Positions 40,614 to 50,507 of a stretch of 64,000 bases of DNA are shown here, in pieces. The notes under the pieces are model-generated. The model was not told the origin of the DNA. It did not search any database and saw only the letters and a list, made by a program, of their open reading frames with translations. Both the position numbers and the translations under genes were made by a program. This DNA is from Alphaproteobacteria bacterium (GTDB lineage: Bacteria; Pseudomonadota; Alphaproteobacteria; JABAAW01): assembly GCA_965216625.1 (NCBI GenBank), contig OZ244186.1, forward strand, positions 1,347,594 to 1,411,593, given 5' to 3'. Each line of letters begins with the position of its first letter. Position 1 is the stretch's first letter.

Positions 40614-41030
40614 TTATTTAAATGGTGCTTCTACAGCACCAGGTTTCAACCTCCAGCCAGTGATAGGACTGCGTTTCCCTATCACTTTTTGCGTATAAAC
40701 TTCTCCCGTCTCAGGATGCGTAATCTCAACACGATATCTAGCACGCTTGAGATATCCCACCTTGCGCTGAAGAGGTATCGTATCGGGCGTGAGACCGCTT
40801 GCCAGCGTTTTTCCAGATGTCTCTGAAATCACAACATATTTTGCTCTCAACTCCCCAGCTCTTATGGAGATCGACTGAGGCTCATGCCCACTCGCCATCA
40901 GCGCACACCCACCAACAAACAACAGCGGGCAAACGCCAACAGCAATAAATATTAACAGCTCTCTCTTCACAACACCCTCCCGCCTAGCGTCTGGATTGGT
41001 ATGGTAGGGAGTGGGAGGCATAATGCCCAA
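40614..41030 (-). CDS. Putative lipoprotein (mature part ~100 aa); start probably the internal GTG/ATG preceding LLIFIAVGVCPLLFVGGC
   Basis: Lipobox LFVGGC, then HEPQSISIRAGELRAKYVVISETSGK.... No family assignment was possible. Confidence 0.35.
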   Translation of the reverse strand: MGIMPPTPYHTNPDARREGVVKRELLIFIAVGVCPLLFVGGCALMASGHEPQSISIRAGELRAKYVVISETSGKTLASGLTPDTIPLQRKVGYLKRARYRVEITHPETGEVYTQKVIGKRSPITGWRLKPGAVEAPFK

Positions 41031-41057
41031 TACCCCACTCCCTATCCATTTAAGTCG

Positions 41058-41258
41058 TTAATTGACAGAAGGACATACAGTTCCGCTAGAACAATCGTAG
41101 ACCTTAGGTTTCAAAGGAATCGGAATCGTAAAGATCCATAACGTCCGAGCGGCCGCAACTTTGTCATCTTTCAAAGTTGTTAATCCCATGTTTGTCACGC
41201 ACCCCCCAAGTGTAACAACAGCAACAAGAGCCACAGCTGCAATAAGAGATTTTTTCAT
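41058..41258 (-). CDS. Small lipoprotein paralogous to the IVS-encoded one (66 aa from MKKSLIAAV...; C-terminal Cys pair)
   Basis: MKKSLIAAVALVAVVTLGGC...YDCSSGTVCPSVN. Its upstream region is homologous to that of 38594..38800. The track start at 41273 includes the RBS. Confidence 0.45.
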   Translation of the reverse strand: MKKSLIAAVALVAVVTLGGCVTNMGLTTLKDDKVAAARTLWIFTIPIPLKPKVYDCSSGTVCPSVN

Positions 41259-41510
41259 GTCATCCTCCTTCAAGGATTGTTAAAAAACTGCCTCTCGCGC
41301 TCGTGCGCGGAAGCACCGCCTTTAAGCACTCCATAAGAGGCACACTTATCGGCAGGTGGCGCAATAATAGCATTAAAAAAAGTTTTATCAACCTTTTTTT
41401 GCTTTTTTTTCCGCGTCTTCTTTTTCCTTATTTGTGCGCGCGTTGGAGTTGGGAACAGACAACTCGACGTGCGCCTTGCCTCAAAGCACGCCTTGCGCCA
41501 TAGTGGAGGG

Positions 41511-42185
41511 ATGGTCGCGTTCGCTCCCTCGCTCTTGTCGGCTTCTTTTGCAACGCTCGGCGCGACGGTCACCGACTTCGAGGCTGCCGCGCCTGCCTCG
41601 CGCCCTGACCTGCTGCACTTCGACCTGATGGACGGACACTTTGTCCCCAACCTCACCTTCGGCACGCAGGTCATGAGGGATCTGCGAGGCTTGACCTCTA
41701 TCCCCTTCGACGCGCACCTCATGGTCGAGAATCCCGAACGCTACATCGATGCTTGCGCGCAAGCCAAGGTCGAGCGCGTCACCATCCACGCCGAGGCGAC
41801 GCACCACCTACCGCGCCACCTTGCGCAGATACGAGAGCAAGGCATGCTCGCAGGGGTTGCGCTCAACCCCTCGACATCGCTGGAGACCTTGCGATGGGTC
41901 AAGGAGGACTTACAATTCCTTCTCGTCATGGGGGTTAATCCTGGCTTCAGCGGACAAGCCTTCCTTCCGCAGACGATCGAGAAGGTCGCAGCAGCACGAG
42001 AAATGCTACCCGCAACCTGCGTCATCGGCGTCGACGGCGGCGTAGCTACAGACAACGCGGCGCAACTCGTGCGCGCAGGAGCCGCTATGCTGGTCGCAGG
42101 CAGCAGCCTGTTCGATTGCGGAGGAGGCAGCCCCTTGGAGGCGCTGCAAACCTTGCGCAAGGTCGTCGCAGCGACAGAGCATTAA
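41511..42185 (+). CDS. rpe: Ribulose-phosphate 3-epimerase
   Basis: MVAFAPSLLSA..., HFDLMDGHFVPN and GVDGG are Rpe motifs. The right-hand 29-bp direct repeat lies in its 5' leader. Confidence 0.9.
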   Translation: MVAFAPSLLSASFATLGATVTDFEAAAPASRPDLLHFDLMDGHFVPNLTFGTQVMRDLRGLTSIPFDAHLMVENPERYIDACAQAKVERVTIHAEATHHLPRHLAQIREQGMLAGVALNPSTSLETLRWVKEDLQFLLVMGVNPGFSGQAFLPQTIEKVAAAREMLPATCVIGVDGGVATDNAAQLVRAGAAMLVAGSSLFDCGGGSPLEALQTLRKVVAATEH

Positions 42186-43546
42186 TGCTCGCACGATACG
42201 CCAAGCCTGAGATGGTCGCCCTTTGGTCGGAGCAGCGACGGCAAGAATTGTGGTGTCGTGCCGAGATTGCTCTCGCGCAGGCGCAAGGCGAGCAGGGAGT
42301 CATTCCGCAAGCTGCTGCGGCGGTGATCGCAAAGCATGCGTTTGCAGACGAGGCGCTCGTGCAGCGCAGCTTTGAGCTGGAAAAAGAGACGCGACACGAT
42401 GTCACAGCCTTCCTGCGCGCGATCGAAGAGAGAATCGAACAGCAGGAGGAGGAAGAAAATAGCGACGCCGCACGCTTCCTCCACTTCGGAGCAACCTCGT
42501 CCGACATCCTCGACTCTGCCTTCGCCATGCAGCTGCTGCAAGCGACGCATGCTATAGAGCAGGATCTGATGGGGCTACTGAAGGCACTGCGCGCGAAAGC
42601 CATCGAGCATAAGCACACGCTTTGCCTCGGACGTAGCCACGGCATGGCGGCGGAGCCTACGACCTTCGGTCTCAAGTTGCTGGGCTTTTACGCCGAGTGT
42701 GCGAGGGCAGAGCAGCGTCTGCAGCGCGCGCGGCGCGAGATTGCCAGCGTCTCGTTTTCCGGCACGGTCGGACAGCACGCCTTCGTAAGCCCTGCGACCG
42801 AGCGACGCACGGCAGAAATTCTCACCGAAAAACACAGCGCGGAGTGGGGCGGGATGGCGCTTGCTTGCGAGCCTTGTGCGACCCAGGTTATTCCTCGCGA
42901 TCGGCACGCCATGCTTTTTGCAACCTATGCTATCACGGCATCCTTCTTGGAGCGACTCAGCATCGAGATACGCCACTTGCAGCGCAATGAAATAGCCGAG
43001 GTGCGCGAAGCCTTTGGCGAAGGACAGACAGGCTCTTCCGCAATGCCGCACAAGCAGAACCCCATCTTGAGCGAGAACATCACAGGATTGGCACGACTCC
43101 TGCGTATGCCTTTGCAAGCAGCCTTGGAAAACATCGCTCTGTGGCACGAACGTGATATTTCTCATTCCTCCGTCGAGCGCGTGATTGCTCCCGATAGTTG
43201 CATCACGCTCGATTTCGCCTTGCAGCGTATGACCTCTGTCATCGAGGGCTTGCAAGTCTTCCCGCAGCGCATGCGCCGCAACATGGAGGCAACGCACGGT
43301 ACGATCTTCTCGCAAGGGCTGTTGATCACGCTCGTGCAAAAAGGGCTTTCGCGCAAACGAGCCTACGGTATCGTGCAACGCGCCAGCCATCGTGCAACGT
43401 CAGACGAAACCCATCTCTTCGAGGCTTTGAAAGACGACGAGCAAGCCAACACGCTGCTCGACGCGCACGATTTGAAAGAACTCGAAGACCTCACACCCTA
43501 TACGCGCCATGTCGATACTCTGTTTGAACGCGTGCTTGCACGATAG
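42185..43546 (+). CDS. purB: Adenylosuccinate lyase
   Basis: Fumarate-lyase signature GSSAMPHKQNP. N-terminus MLARYAKPEMVALWSEQ. Confidence 0.9.
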   Translation: MLARYAKPEMVALWSEQRRQELWCRAEIALAQAQGEQGVIPQAAAAVIAKHAFADEALVQRSFELEKETRHDVTAFLRAIEERIEQQEEEENSDAARFLHFGATSSDILDSAFAMQLLQATHAIEQDLMGLLKALRAKAIEHKHTLCLGRSHGMAAEPTTFGLKLLGFYAECARAEQRLQRARREIASVSFSGTVGQHAFVSPATERRTAEILTEKHSAEWGGMALACEPCATQVIPRDRHAMLFATYAITASFLERLSIEIRHLQRNEIAEVREAFGEGQTGSSAMPHKQNPILSENITGLARLLRMPLQAALENIALWHERDISHSSVERVIAPDSCITLDFALQRMTSVIEGLQVFPQRMRRNMEATHGTIFSQGLLITLVQKGLSRKRAYGIVQRASHRATSDETHLFEALKDDEQANTLLDAHDLKELEDLTPYTRHVDTLFERVLAR

Positions 43547-43598
43547 AAACCCCTCAATTCTCGCGTGGATTCGCGCGCGTTCTTTTGCCGCTCTGTTG

Positions 43599-45446
43599 GG
43601 ATTCGCCATGTTGGGGTTGGTTGGAGCAAACGGGCTTTTCGCGCCCCAAGCCGAAGCGCAGCGTCTGGAGCCTGAGGAGGGAGGGCTTTCACCCGAAGAG
43701 CTGCTGCTTGCTCCCGACAGGTTGGAGGCAGGAGAAGGTGGCATCGTCGAGCGATGGCGAGCGATCAGATCCTTCATGGAGAAGGGTTTGCAAAACTTCG
43801 AGCGCGGCATCGCGCAAGTGTCGCTCACGCGCGCCCTGCTACAAGCGCAAGGCTGGCAAGCGGCGCAGGACTTTGCCTCCTCGATCGACGAGCCAGTTTG
43901 GCGTGCGCGCGCGTTGATGGCGGTCGCCGCAGCGCAGTTTGCCACGCCCAACGGACAGCGATTCGGACGGCTCAATTTGGAATCTGCCTTCTCCATCCTG
44001 CGAAGCATTCCCGAAAGGCAGCTGAGCGACGATGGCGAAGAGGGCTTTCGCCTAGCAGGAGCGCTCTACGCGAGGCAGGGATTTTTCCAACAAGTCTCCC
44101 AGTATCTAAAGTCAGAACAGCAAGTTCGACCTCGAACGCGCTTTTTGGAAGGCGCGTTGCCGTACCTCTCGGCGAGCGCGCTCGGCTTAGTGCAAGGCGA
44201 GCACGACACCTTCATCAACGACCTGCTGTTGCAAGCAACCCGCCGTAGCCGTTTGGAAGACCTCTTACGCCTCTCCGACTATTCGCAGCAACAGGGCAGG
44301 ACGCGCTCGGCGAACCGCTTGCTGTTCGAGGCTTACCGTCGCACCCTACTACTGCCGCCCAGCGAGAAGCGCAACGCCGATCTTGTGCGCGTGGCGAGAC
44401 ACATGCTTGCCAGCAACGCCTTTCGTGATGCGCTCAGAGCTATTCGCCGTGTCGAAAATCCCTTTCTGCAAAGCGGACTGCTCGCCGAGACGGGAAGAAG
44501 GATGATCCAAAACAAGATGGAATACGCAGGACAACCCCTCATGTCGCTTGCCAACGACTTGGCGGGAACGCTGGAGGACGAACAGCAACGCCGAGCATTT
44601 ACAAGAATCGCTGTCGAATACGCCTTGGCAGGAGATCTCGAACGAGCGTGGGAAGTCTTGCAAGCAATCCAACTTCCCTACGCACGCGCAAAAGGCATCT
44701 TGGCGATCGCGCTTGTGCTTACCGAAAGCAACGACATCGAACGCGCGCTCGATTTATTGAGGTTCATCCCCGATGCAAACCTGCGCGCGCGCTTTGTCAT
44801 CCACGCTGCCTCGCAGATCGAAAAGAGGCAGGGCAGTCGAAAGCTGACCGACCTATTGTTGACATTGATCGACGCGACAGACTTTTTGCCAGAAGCAGGA
44901 TTGACCTCCCTCTCGCCGCGCAATGTCGAGGGGCTGTTGGAAGCGCAACTCGATTACGGACACGGGCGTAGAAACAGAGTCTTGTTCGACAGAATCCACG
45001 CGCGTGTGCTCTCGCCTGACCAATCGCCCTTTGCCCGCATGCGCGCCGAAGTGCGATTCCTGAATATCAACGCGCGGCGGAGCGAACGACACGCCGCAGA
45101 CGCGCGCAAGAGAATCGATACGCTTTTGCGCGGCTTGTGGGTCTATCACAACGAGCCACAATACGTTTCGATCGTCGAGACAGCCGTCGACTTCTTCATC
45201 GCGCAAGGCGATCTGACACGCGCCTTCACGCTCGTGCGCTTGCTGACTACAGGAAATGGAAATGGAAATGGAAATAGAAATGGCGATCAAGACCGTCAAG
45301 ACCGCCTGCTCGCTGCCATCGCTTTTCAAGCGACTCGCAGAGCCAACGAGAACATTGCGTTACGCGCTGTTGCCAGCATCCGAACAAAAAAGAGCAAGGC
45401 CGCGACCTTGGCAAAGGTTATAGACATCGCCGCCAACCTTCCCTAA
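43599..45446 (+). CDS. Hypothetical secreted all-alpha (TPR/HEAT-like) protein; start uncertain (track ORF starts at 43509)
   Basis: Signal-like MLGLVGANGLFAPQAEAQ. It is long and Ala/Leu/Arg-rich, with no recognisable catalytic motifs. It contains a (GGAAAT)n tract giving NGNGNGNRNG. Confidence 0.35.
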   Translation, partial: GFAMLGLVGANGLFAPQAEAQRLEPEEGGLSPEELLLAPDRLEAGEGGIVERWRAIRSFMEKGLQNFERGIAQVSLTRALLQAQGWQAAQDFASSIDEPVWRARALMAVAAAQFATPNGQRFGRLNLESAFSILRSIPERQLSDDGEEGFRLAGALYARQGFFQQVSQYLKSEQQVRPRTRFLEGALPYLSASALGLVQGEHDTFINDLLLQATRRSRLEDLLRLSDYSQQQGRTRSANRLLFEAYRRTLLLPPSEKRNADLVRVARHMLASNAFRDALRAIRRVENPFLQSGLLAETGRRMIQNKMEYAGQPLMSLANDLAGTLEDEQQRRAFTRIAVEYALAGDLERAWEVLQAIQLPYARAKGILAIALVLTESNDIERALDLLRFIPDANLRARFVIHAASQIEKRQGSRKLTDLLLTLIDATDFLPEAGLTSLSPRNVEGLLEAQLDYGHGRRNRVLFDRIHARVLSPDQSPFARMRAEVRFLNINARRSERHAADARKRIDTLLRGLWVYHNEPQYVSIVETAVDFFIAQGDLTRAFTLVRLLTTGNGNGNGNRNGDQDRQDRLLAAIAFQATRRANENIALRAVASIRTKKSKAATLAKVIDIAANLP

Positions 45447-45506
45447 CATTCTCTGAAAATTAGAATCTACTTTTTCCATTTTTTCTCTTCCACGGAGGCA
45501 TTTTCC

Positions 45507-46559
45507 ATGAATCGCTGTTTGACTTGTTGTTTGGCTCGCGCGGGGTTTATCGTGCTTGCGCTCGTTTTTTGTTTCGAGCCGTTTGTGCTGATAGCGACGG
45601 CTCAGCAGGAGAATTTTGTTAATGTTTATAGTTATCGTTCTCGTTTTCTGACGAAGCCTGTCTTCGATTTGTTTACGGCAGAGACGGGCATTGCTGTGCG
45701 CGTCGTGTCTGCTAAGGAGGGATTGATCGAGCGCATCGCGCAGGAGGGAGAAAACTCTCCTGCCGATCTGTTGATTTCGAACGATGCGACGCGCTTGATA
45801 CAGGCAAAAAAACGAAACATTACTGTTGCCGTGAGGGATAGGAACTTTGTTGGCAGCAGCTTGCCGCGCCATTTGCGTGACAAGGAGCGGCATTGGTTTG
45901 CTCTGACGCGACGCGCGCGAATCCTTTATGTCGCGCAGGAGCGGTTGGGCGAAGAGAAGATCCGACGTTATGAGGACTTGAGCTTACCGCAATGGAAGGG
46001 ACGCATCTGCACGCGCTCGGCTGTGCATGATTACAACTTGGATCTTGTTGCTGCTGTCATGGTGCATAATGGTCGCAAGAAGACGCATGCGTGGCTTTCG
46101 GGGTTGCGAGACAATTTGGCACGCAAGCCGCAGGGCAACGATCGTGCGCAGATACGCGCTGTTGCGGAGGGCATCTGTGATGTTGCCATTGGCAATAGTT
46201 ACTACTTCGGCATTATGCAGGCGGATCCTGCTCAGCGGATTTGGACTAAGGGGGTGACTCCTGTTTTTCCCAATCAGAATGATTATGGGACGCATATGAA
46301 TCTGACGGGCATGGCGTTGATTAGGACGGCTCCGAATCGCACTGAGGCGTTGCAATTAATGTATTTCCTTCTTTCTTTCGAGGCGCAGAGTTTGTTTGCG
46401 CAAAAAAACTATGAGTATCCGGCTTTAGATGGGGTACCGCCGACGGAGTTATTGCAGCTATGGGGTGTTTTCAAGCAGGATGTTGTTGATCCTGCGCGAA
46501 TTGCGGAAAGGAGACGTGAGGCGATTGAGATGGTGCATGCTATCGACTTCGATCGATGA
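45507..46559 (+). CDS. Fe(3+) ABC transporter periplasmic substrate-binding protein (FbpA/AfuA family)
   Basis: Signal peptide present. Size and patterns (NVYSYRS...LISNDATRL...GNSYYFG) fit iron(III)-binding SBPs. Confidence 0.6.
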   Translation: MNRCLTCCLARAGFIVLALVFCFEPFVLIATAQQENFVNVYSYRSRFLTKPVFDLFTAETGIAVRVVSAKEGLIERIAQEGENSPADLLISNDATRLIQAKKRNITVAVRDRNFVGSSLPRHLRDKERHWFALTRRARILYVAQERLGEEKIRRYEDLSLPQWKGRICTRSAVHDYNLDLVAAVMVHNGRKKTHAWLSGLRDNLARKPQGNDRAQIRAVAEGICDVAIGNSYYFGIMQADPAQRIWTKGVTPVFPNQNDYGTHMNLTGMALIRTAPNRTEALQLMYFLLSFEAQSLFAQKNYEYPALDGVPPTELLQLWGVFKQDVVDPARIAERRREAIEMVHAIDFDR

Positions 46560-46574
46560 TAATTGAGCGCAAGG

Positions 46575-47100
46575 CTGTTGCGCTCGCGTAACACAGACGG
46601 GCTTTTTGTATTGACGGGTAAACGCAAGACGAGCGAGCCGTAGGCGAAGTGAGTTTTGCGCATGGGGGGTGTGGGGGGACGAAGTCCCCCCGCAAAAAGC
46701 GCGCCGCGAGCGGGCGCGTAAGCGCCTTCTACGCAGTTCGCGCGTAGCGCGAGATGCGTAGCCTCTTATTCAAAAGCGCGTTTCGCAGAAACGCGCAAGC
46801 TGACTCGCGTCACAAAATCTGCTTGCCGTGTCACGAGTCAGCTTGCGCGAGGCAAAGCCTCGCGCTTTGGTACAAGAGGCTACGCACTTCGCTTCGCTCG
46901 TGCGTAGATAAAGCGCGCTTACGCGCGCTCCGCTGACGCGGGGTCTTTTGCGGGGGGACTGCGTCCCCCCCCTCCCCCCATGCGCAAAACTCACTTCGCC
47001 TTACGGCTCGCTCGTCTTGCGTATGTTACCTAATCAATAAGGGGAATTTATCCCCTCGCCCGCTCCTCATAAAGCGCAAGCCCCCCGCGCCCACACGCCA
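46575..47100. repeat. Array of mosaic palindromic repeats (copy 5)
   Basis: It contains gcaagacgagcgagccgtaggcg...gttttgcgcatggggggtgtgggggg, the ctacgcat/atgcgtag module, aagctgactcg, ccgctgacgcgggg and ggggaatttatcccc. Confidence 0.85.
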
Positions 47101-47108
47101 AGCCCGCG

Positions 47109-47663
47109 CTACAACTTCGGCAAAGTAATCCCCTGCTGCTTCTGATACTTGCCCGCACGCGCCGCATAAGTCGTCTCGCAAGACGAATCACCCTTCAGAA
47201 AAATAAACTGACACGCCCCCTCGTTCGCATAAATACGAGCAGGTAAAGGCGTCGTGTTGGAAAACTCTAAAGTCACATGCCCCTCCCAAGCAGGCTCCAA
47301 CGGCGTGACATTAACAATAATCCCACAACGCGCATAAGTCGATTTGCCAACACAAACAACTAAAACATCCTCAGGAATACGGAAATACTCCACCGTCCGA
47401 GCAAGCGCAAACGAATTCGGAGGAATCATACAAGTCTCCCCCCTCTTGCGAATAAACGCACTCTCGTCAAATGCCTTCGGATCAACAACCGCCGAATTCA
47501 CATTGGTGAATACCATGAACTCATCCGCAACACGCGCATCATAACCATAAGAAGAAAGTCCATAAGAAATAACCGAACCCCCACGCTGACCATCCGTATA
47601 AGGAGCAATCATCCCACGCTCGGTAGCTTGCGCGCGAATCCAATGGTCAGGCATGACAGGCAT
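47109..47663 (-). CDS. dcd: dCTP deaminase
   Basis: [13 protein letters not shown]..., [10 protein letters not shown] and [22 protein letters not shown]. Confidence 0.85.
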   Translation of the reverse strand: MPVMPDHWIRAQATERGMIAPYTDGQRGGSVISYGLSSYGYDARVADEFMVFTNVNSAVVDPKAFDESAFIRKRGETCMIPPNSFALARTVEYFRIPEDVLVVCVGKSTYARCGIIVNVTPLEPAWEGHVTLEFSNTTPLPARIYANEGACQFIFLKGDSSCETTYAARAGKYQKQQGITLPKL

Positions 47664-47705
47664 GACGAGAGACTAAAGAGGATCACACAAAAACGCAACA
47701 TGCCA

Positions 47706-47779
47706 TCGGAGTGGCAGGATTTGAACCTACGGCCCCTGCCTCCCGAAGGCAGTGCTCTACCGGGCTGAGCTACACTCCG
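47706..47779 (-). tRNA. tRNA-Pro (anticodon CGG)
   Basis: Reverse complement CGGAGTGTAGCTCAGCCCGGTAGAGCACTGCCTTCGGGAGGCAGGGGCCGTAGGTTCAAATCCTGCCACTCCGA. Confidence 0.85.
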
Positions 47780-47802
47780 TTACAATCCCGATCAAGCCCC
47801 CT

Positions 47803-48393
47803 CTAGAGATCGACGGCAATCCCCGTCCTAACTTCCTTCCGTGACTCCTTATCGGCAACAACAGACTCGCCAGCAACAGACGCTTCGGCAGGTAGCGCAG
47901 ACGCTTCGCTTCTTTTTTCGTCTCCCTCGTTCTGCTCCGTTTTGTTCGTCTCGTCGGATTCGGTTTTGGCGTAAGCCTGCATGATCACCTTCTGCTCGGC
48001 ATCGCTCAGATGCTCTCCGCGCAAGCCCTGTCCCAAATGCATGTTGATGTCGATAAGAACCTGCACCCTCGATGCGTCCGGAGAACCCAACAACTGCGCG
48101 CTATGCTTGTCGATAAAGGCGCACAGCGTCAGCAAATCGCCGCGCAACTCAGGCGACATAGGGTTGGACTCGTCGAGCAAGGAGGATTGAATAACCGTCC
48201 AAGCTCTCCAGTTCAAGCGTACGATCTCTGACAGCGCGGAGGGATTTTTTTCTTGCTCCTGCTCTCTGCGAACGCGATCCAAGCGTTTAGCCAGCTCCAA
48301 CAATGCCCAAGATTCTACCTCGCGGCTACCCGCCCCTACGACAGAAAGTCGATCTGCCTCTTCGTAAGGATTCACACTCATCGCCAGACTCAT
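47803..48393 (-). CDS. flaF: Flagellar biosynthesis regulator FlaF with an acidic C-terminal extension
   Basis: RLNWRAWTVIQSSLLDESNPMSPELRGDLLTLCAFIDKHSAQLL...LIDINMHLGQGL aligns with the FlaF (PF07309) core. Confidence 0.65.
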   Translation of the reverse strand: MSLAMSVNPYEEADRLSVVGAGSREVESWALLELAKRLDRVRREQEQEKNPSALSEIVRLNWRAWTVIQSSLLDESNPMSPELRGDLLTLCAFIDKHSAQLLGSPDASRVQVLIDINMHLGQGLRGEHLSDAEQKVIMQAYAKTESDETNKTEQNEGDEKRSEASALPAEASVAGESVVADKESRKEVRTGIAVDL

Positions 48394-48488
48394 CGAAAAA
48401 ACCTATAACAACTCATCGTAGCACACAACAACGAGAAATGCGAAAGCGAGGGGAATTTGTCCCCGAGGAGAATTTATCCTCATCTTGC

Positions 48489-49643
48489 TCACAGCAATCT
48501 TGCGAGGCTGAGACTGTTTCGTGTTTCGATCGTCTGCAGTGTCGCGGAGAATTGTTGCGATAGTGCCGACAACTCGATGCCTGCCCTTGTCGTATCTGCG
48601 GCGACCAGCCTGTCGACGAGGCTTTGAGTTGTTATTTCTATTTCCTGCTGCCGCTCCTGCGAGACCAACAGGGTTGCCACCGTACCTGATGCGGATTGGC
48701 GCAAGTTTCGCAATCCGTCGCGCGCGAAATCGAAGAGTTCCTGCGCGTCTAACAGCAGCGTTCTGCGATCGGCGAGCGTTGTCGTTGTGGTATCCAAAGC
48801 TTGCTTGACGAGCCTGACAGCTAGCAAAAGCTGGTTGATAGGCTCGGCGTTGCTGGAAATACCGTACTCGATGAGTTGATTTTGCTCGACTTGTAGGACG
48901 CTCGTTCTGCGTGCGCGCACGACGAGTTCTCCCACGGCGGTTGAGGGAGCATCTGCCGCGTCGCGATCGTGGTCGGCTACTCTGTCGGCGTTGGCGTTGG
49001 CGATGGGAAATGTTGGCGCGATCGACAGGACATCGATCAGGGCGTTGTTGGCATCCGTTGCGGTTGCGGGCAGGTTGCGGAGCAGAAACGCTTCGTAGTC
49101 TGCGGCGGAGGACGGCAGGGGAGCGTTGGTCAAGCCTGCGAGATCGCGCACGGGTGCACCCTCTCGATAGCGTCTGCCTGCGAATATGTAGCGGTTTCCC
49201 ACTTTTGTATTCAGCAGAGATTCGATTGCGCGGAGGCTATTATCGAAATCATCGCCGCTGTATTTTTCGCGCCATGCGGTTGCGTCGAGACTGGGTTGAA
49301 GTCCTTCGCGCACGATTTCGGAGAACGGCTCGATATAGCTCTGCAGGCCGCCTGCGTTGTTGCTTCCTATGCTGCCTGGGTTTGTTGCTCGCAGGGTGAG
49401 TTCGAAGGTTTGGGTGATGGTCAGGACTTTCGAGATACGGGCGGAATCTTTCTCGGCTCGATCGACGACGCGACGATAGGTCAGCACATCGGTCAAGTCT
49501 GAGCGATAGGCGGAGAGGGTTGAAAACTTGCGACCGCTCGACAGGCGTTCGCTCGCGAGATTATATTGCGCGCTTTTCTCCGAGACTGTCCGTAGGGAGT
49601 CGAAGGTTGTGGCGTAATGGCTAGTGCGTCCGACGTAGGTCAT
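48489..49643 (-). CDS. Flagellin-family protein (flagellin or hook-associated FlgL)
   Basis: N-terminal helical segment ...NLASERLSSGRKFSTLSAY. C-terminal helical segment ...LSALSQQFSATLQTIETRNSLSLARLL. The central region is variable. Confidence 0.55.
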   Translation of the reverse strand: MTYVGRTSHYATTFDSLRTVSEKSAQYNLASERLSSGRKFSTLSAYRSDLTDVLTYRRVVDRAEKDSARISKVLTITQTFELTLRATNPGSIGSNNAGGLQSYIEPFSEIVREGLQPSLDATAWREKYSGDDFDNSLRAIESLLNTKVGNRYIFAGRRYREGAPVRDLAGLTNAPLPSSAADYEAFLLRNLPATATDANNALIDVLSIAPTFPIANANADRVADHDRDAADAPSTAVGELVVRARRTSVLQVEQNQLIEYGISSNAEPINQLLLAVRLVKQALDTTTTTLADRRTLLLDAQELFDFARDGLRNLRQSASGTVATLLVSQERQQEIEITTQSLVDRLVAADTTRAGIELSALSQQFSATLQTIETRNSLSLARLL

Positions 49644-49654
49644 GATTGTTGAAA

Positions 49655-50235
49655 CATTTTCTTCTGCTGGTGTCTCTGCATTTACGGAGCAAGAATAGTG
49701 CCAACTTCGCGTGCAGAAACGCGCTTTTTATGTTGACGGACGCAAAACATTGCGTGCGCTTGCGTGTGTTGACGGCAAAACGCAAGACGAGCGAGCCGTA
49801 GGCGCAGCGAGTTTTGCGCATGGGGGGAGGGGGGGGACGCAGTCCCCCCGCAAAAGACCCCGCGTCAGCGGAGCGCGCGTAAGCGCGCTTTATCTACGCG
49901 CGTAGCGCGTAGCCTCTTATTCAAAAGCGCGTTTCGCAGAAACGCGCAAGCTGACTCGTAACATGGTACGGCGATTCTGTTTTGTCTCTATCTTCTAGGC
50001 AAAATTAAAGACGCTCTACCGCGTTGCGAGTCAGCTTGCGCGAGGCAAGCCTCGCGCTTTTGAATAAGAGGCTGTGCGTTTCGCTTCGCTCACGCACAGA
50101 AAAGCGCACTGCGTGCGCTCCGCTGACGCGGGGTCTTTTGCGAGGGATTACTCCCTCGCGCTCCCCGCGTGCTACGCACGCGATGTTTTGCATCCGTCAT
50201 CATACAAAGCCCGTCTGTTGTGCAAGCGCGTACCT
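49655..50235. repeat. Array of mosaic palindromic repeats (copy 6)
   Basis: Same modules as copy 5, in partly rearranged order. Confidence 0.85.
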
Positions 50236-50507
50236 TTAAAAAGCGCAAGCAAGCCCCCAAAATTCCCAAAATTGTTCTTGACAACAACCAACCCCTCCCC
50301 CAAAATACCCCCATGAAAGTCAGCTCCTCCCTGAAAACCCTAAAAAACCGCGACCGACACTGCCAAGTCGTCCGCCGTAAAGGAAGACTCTACGTCATCA
50401 ATAAACGAAATCCTCGCTTCAAAGCACGTCAAGGATAACCCAAATCTCCCCCCGCTACTCTCCGCAGTAGCTAGCCTCCCGAAGATCACCTAACTAGGTA
50501 GCCTCCC

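Larger units (their letters stand above)
40474..41497. mobile_element. Duplicated lipoprotein module bounded by 29-bp perfect direct repeats (gtgcgccttgcctcaaagcacgccttgcg at 40474..40502 and 41469..41497)
   Basis: The internal segment 40503..41468 contains a 23S-derived fragment at 40504..40600 (homologous to 38370..38500, including the IVS 3' boundary). It also holds two lipoprotein ORFs and a promoter/RBS region homologous to 38800..38920. Confidence 0.6.

Noticed and set aside
43585-44248. Overlapping ORFs (43585..43917, 43754..44248) inside the 645-aa hypothetical gene
   Set aside because: Alternative frames of a GC-rich gene; Arg/Ser-rich.
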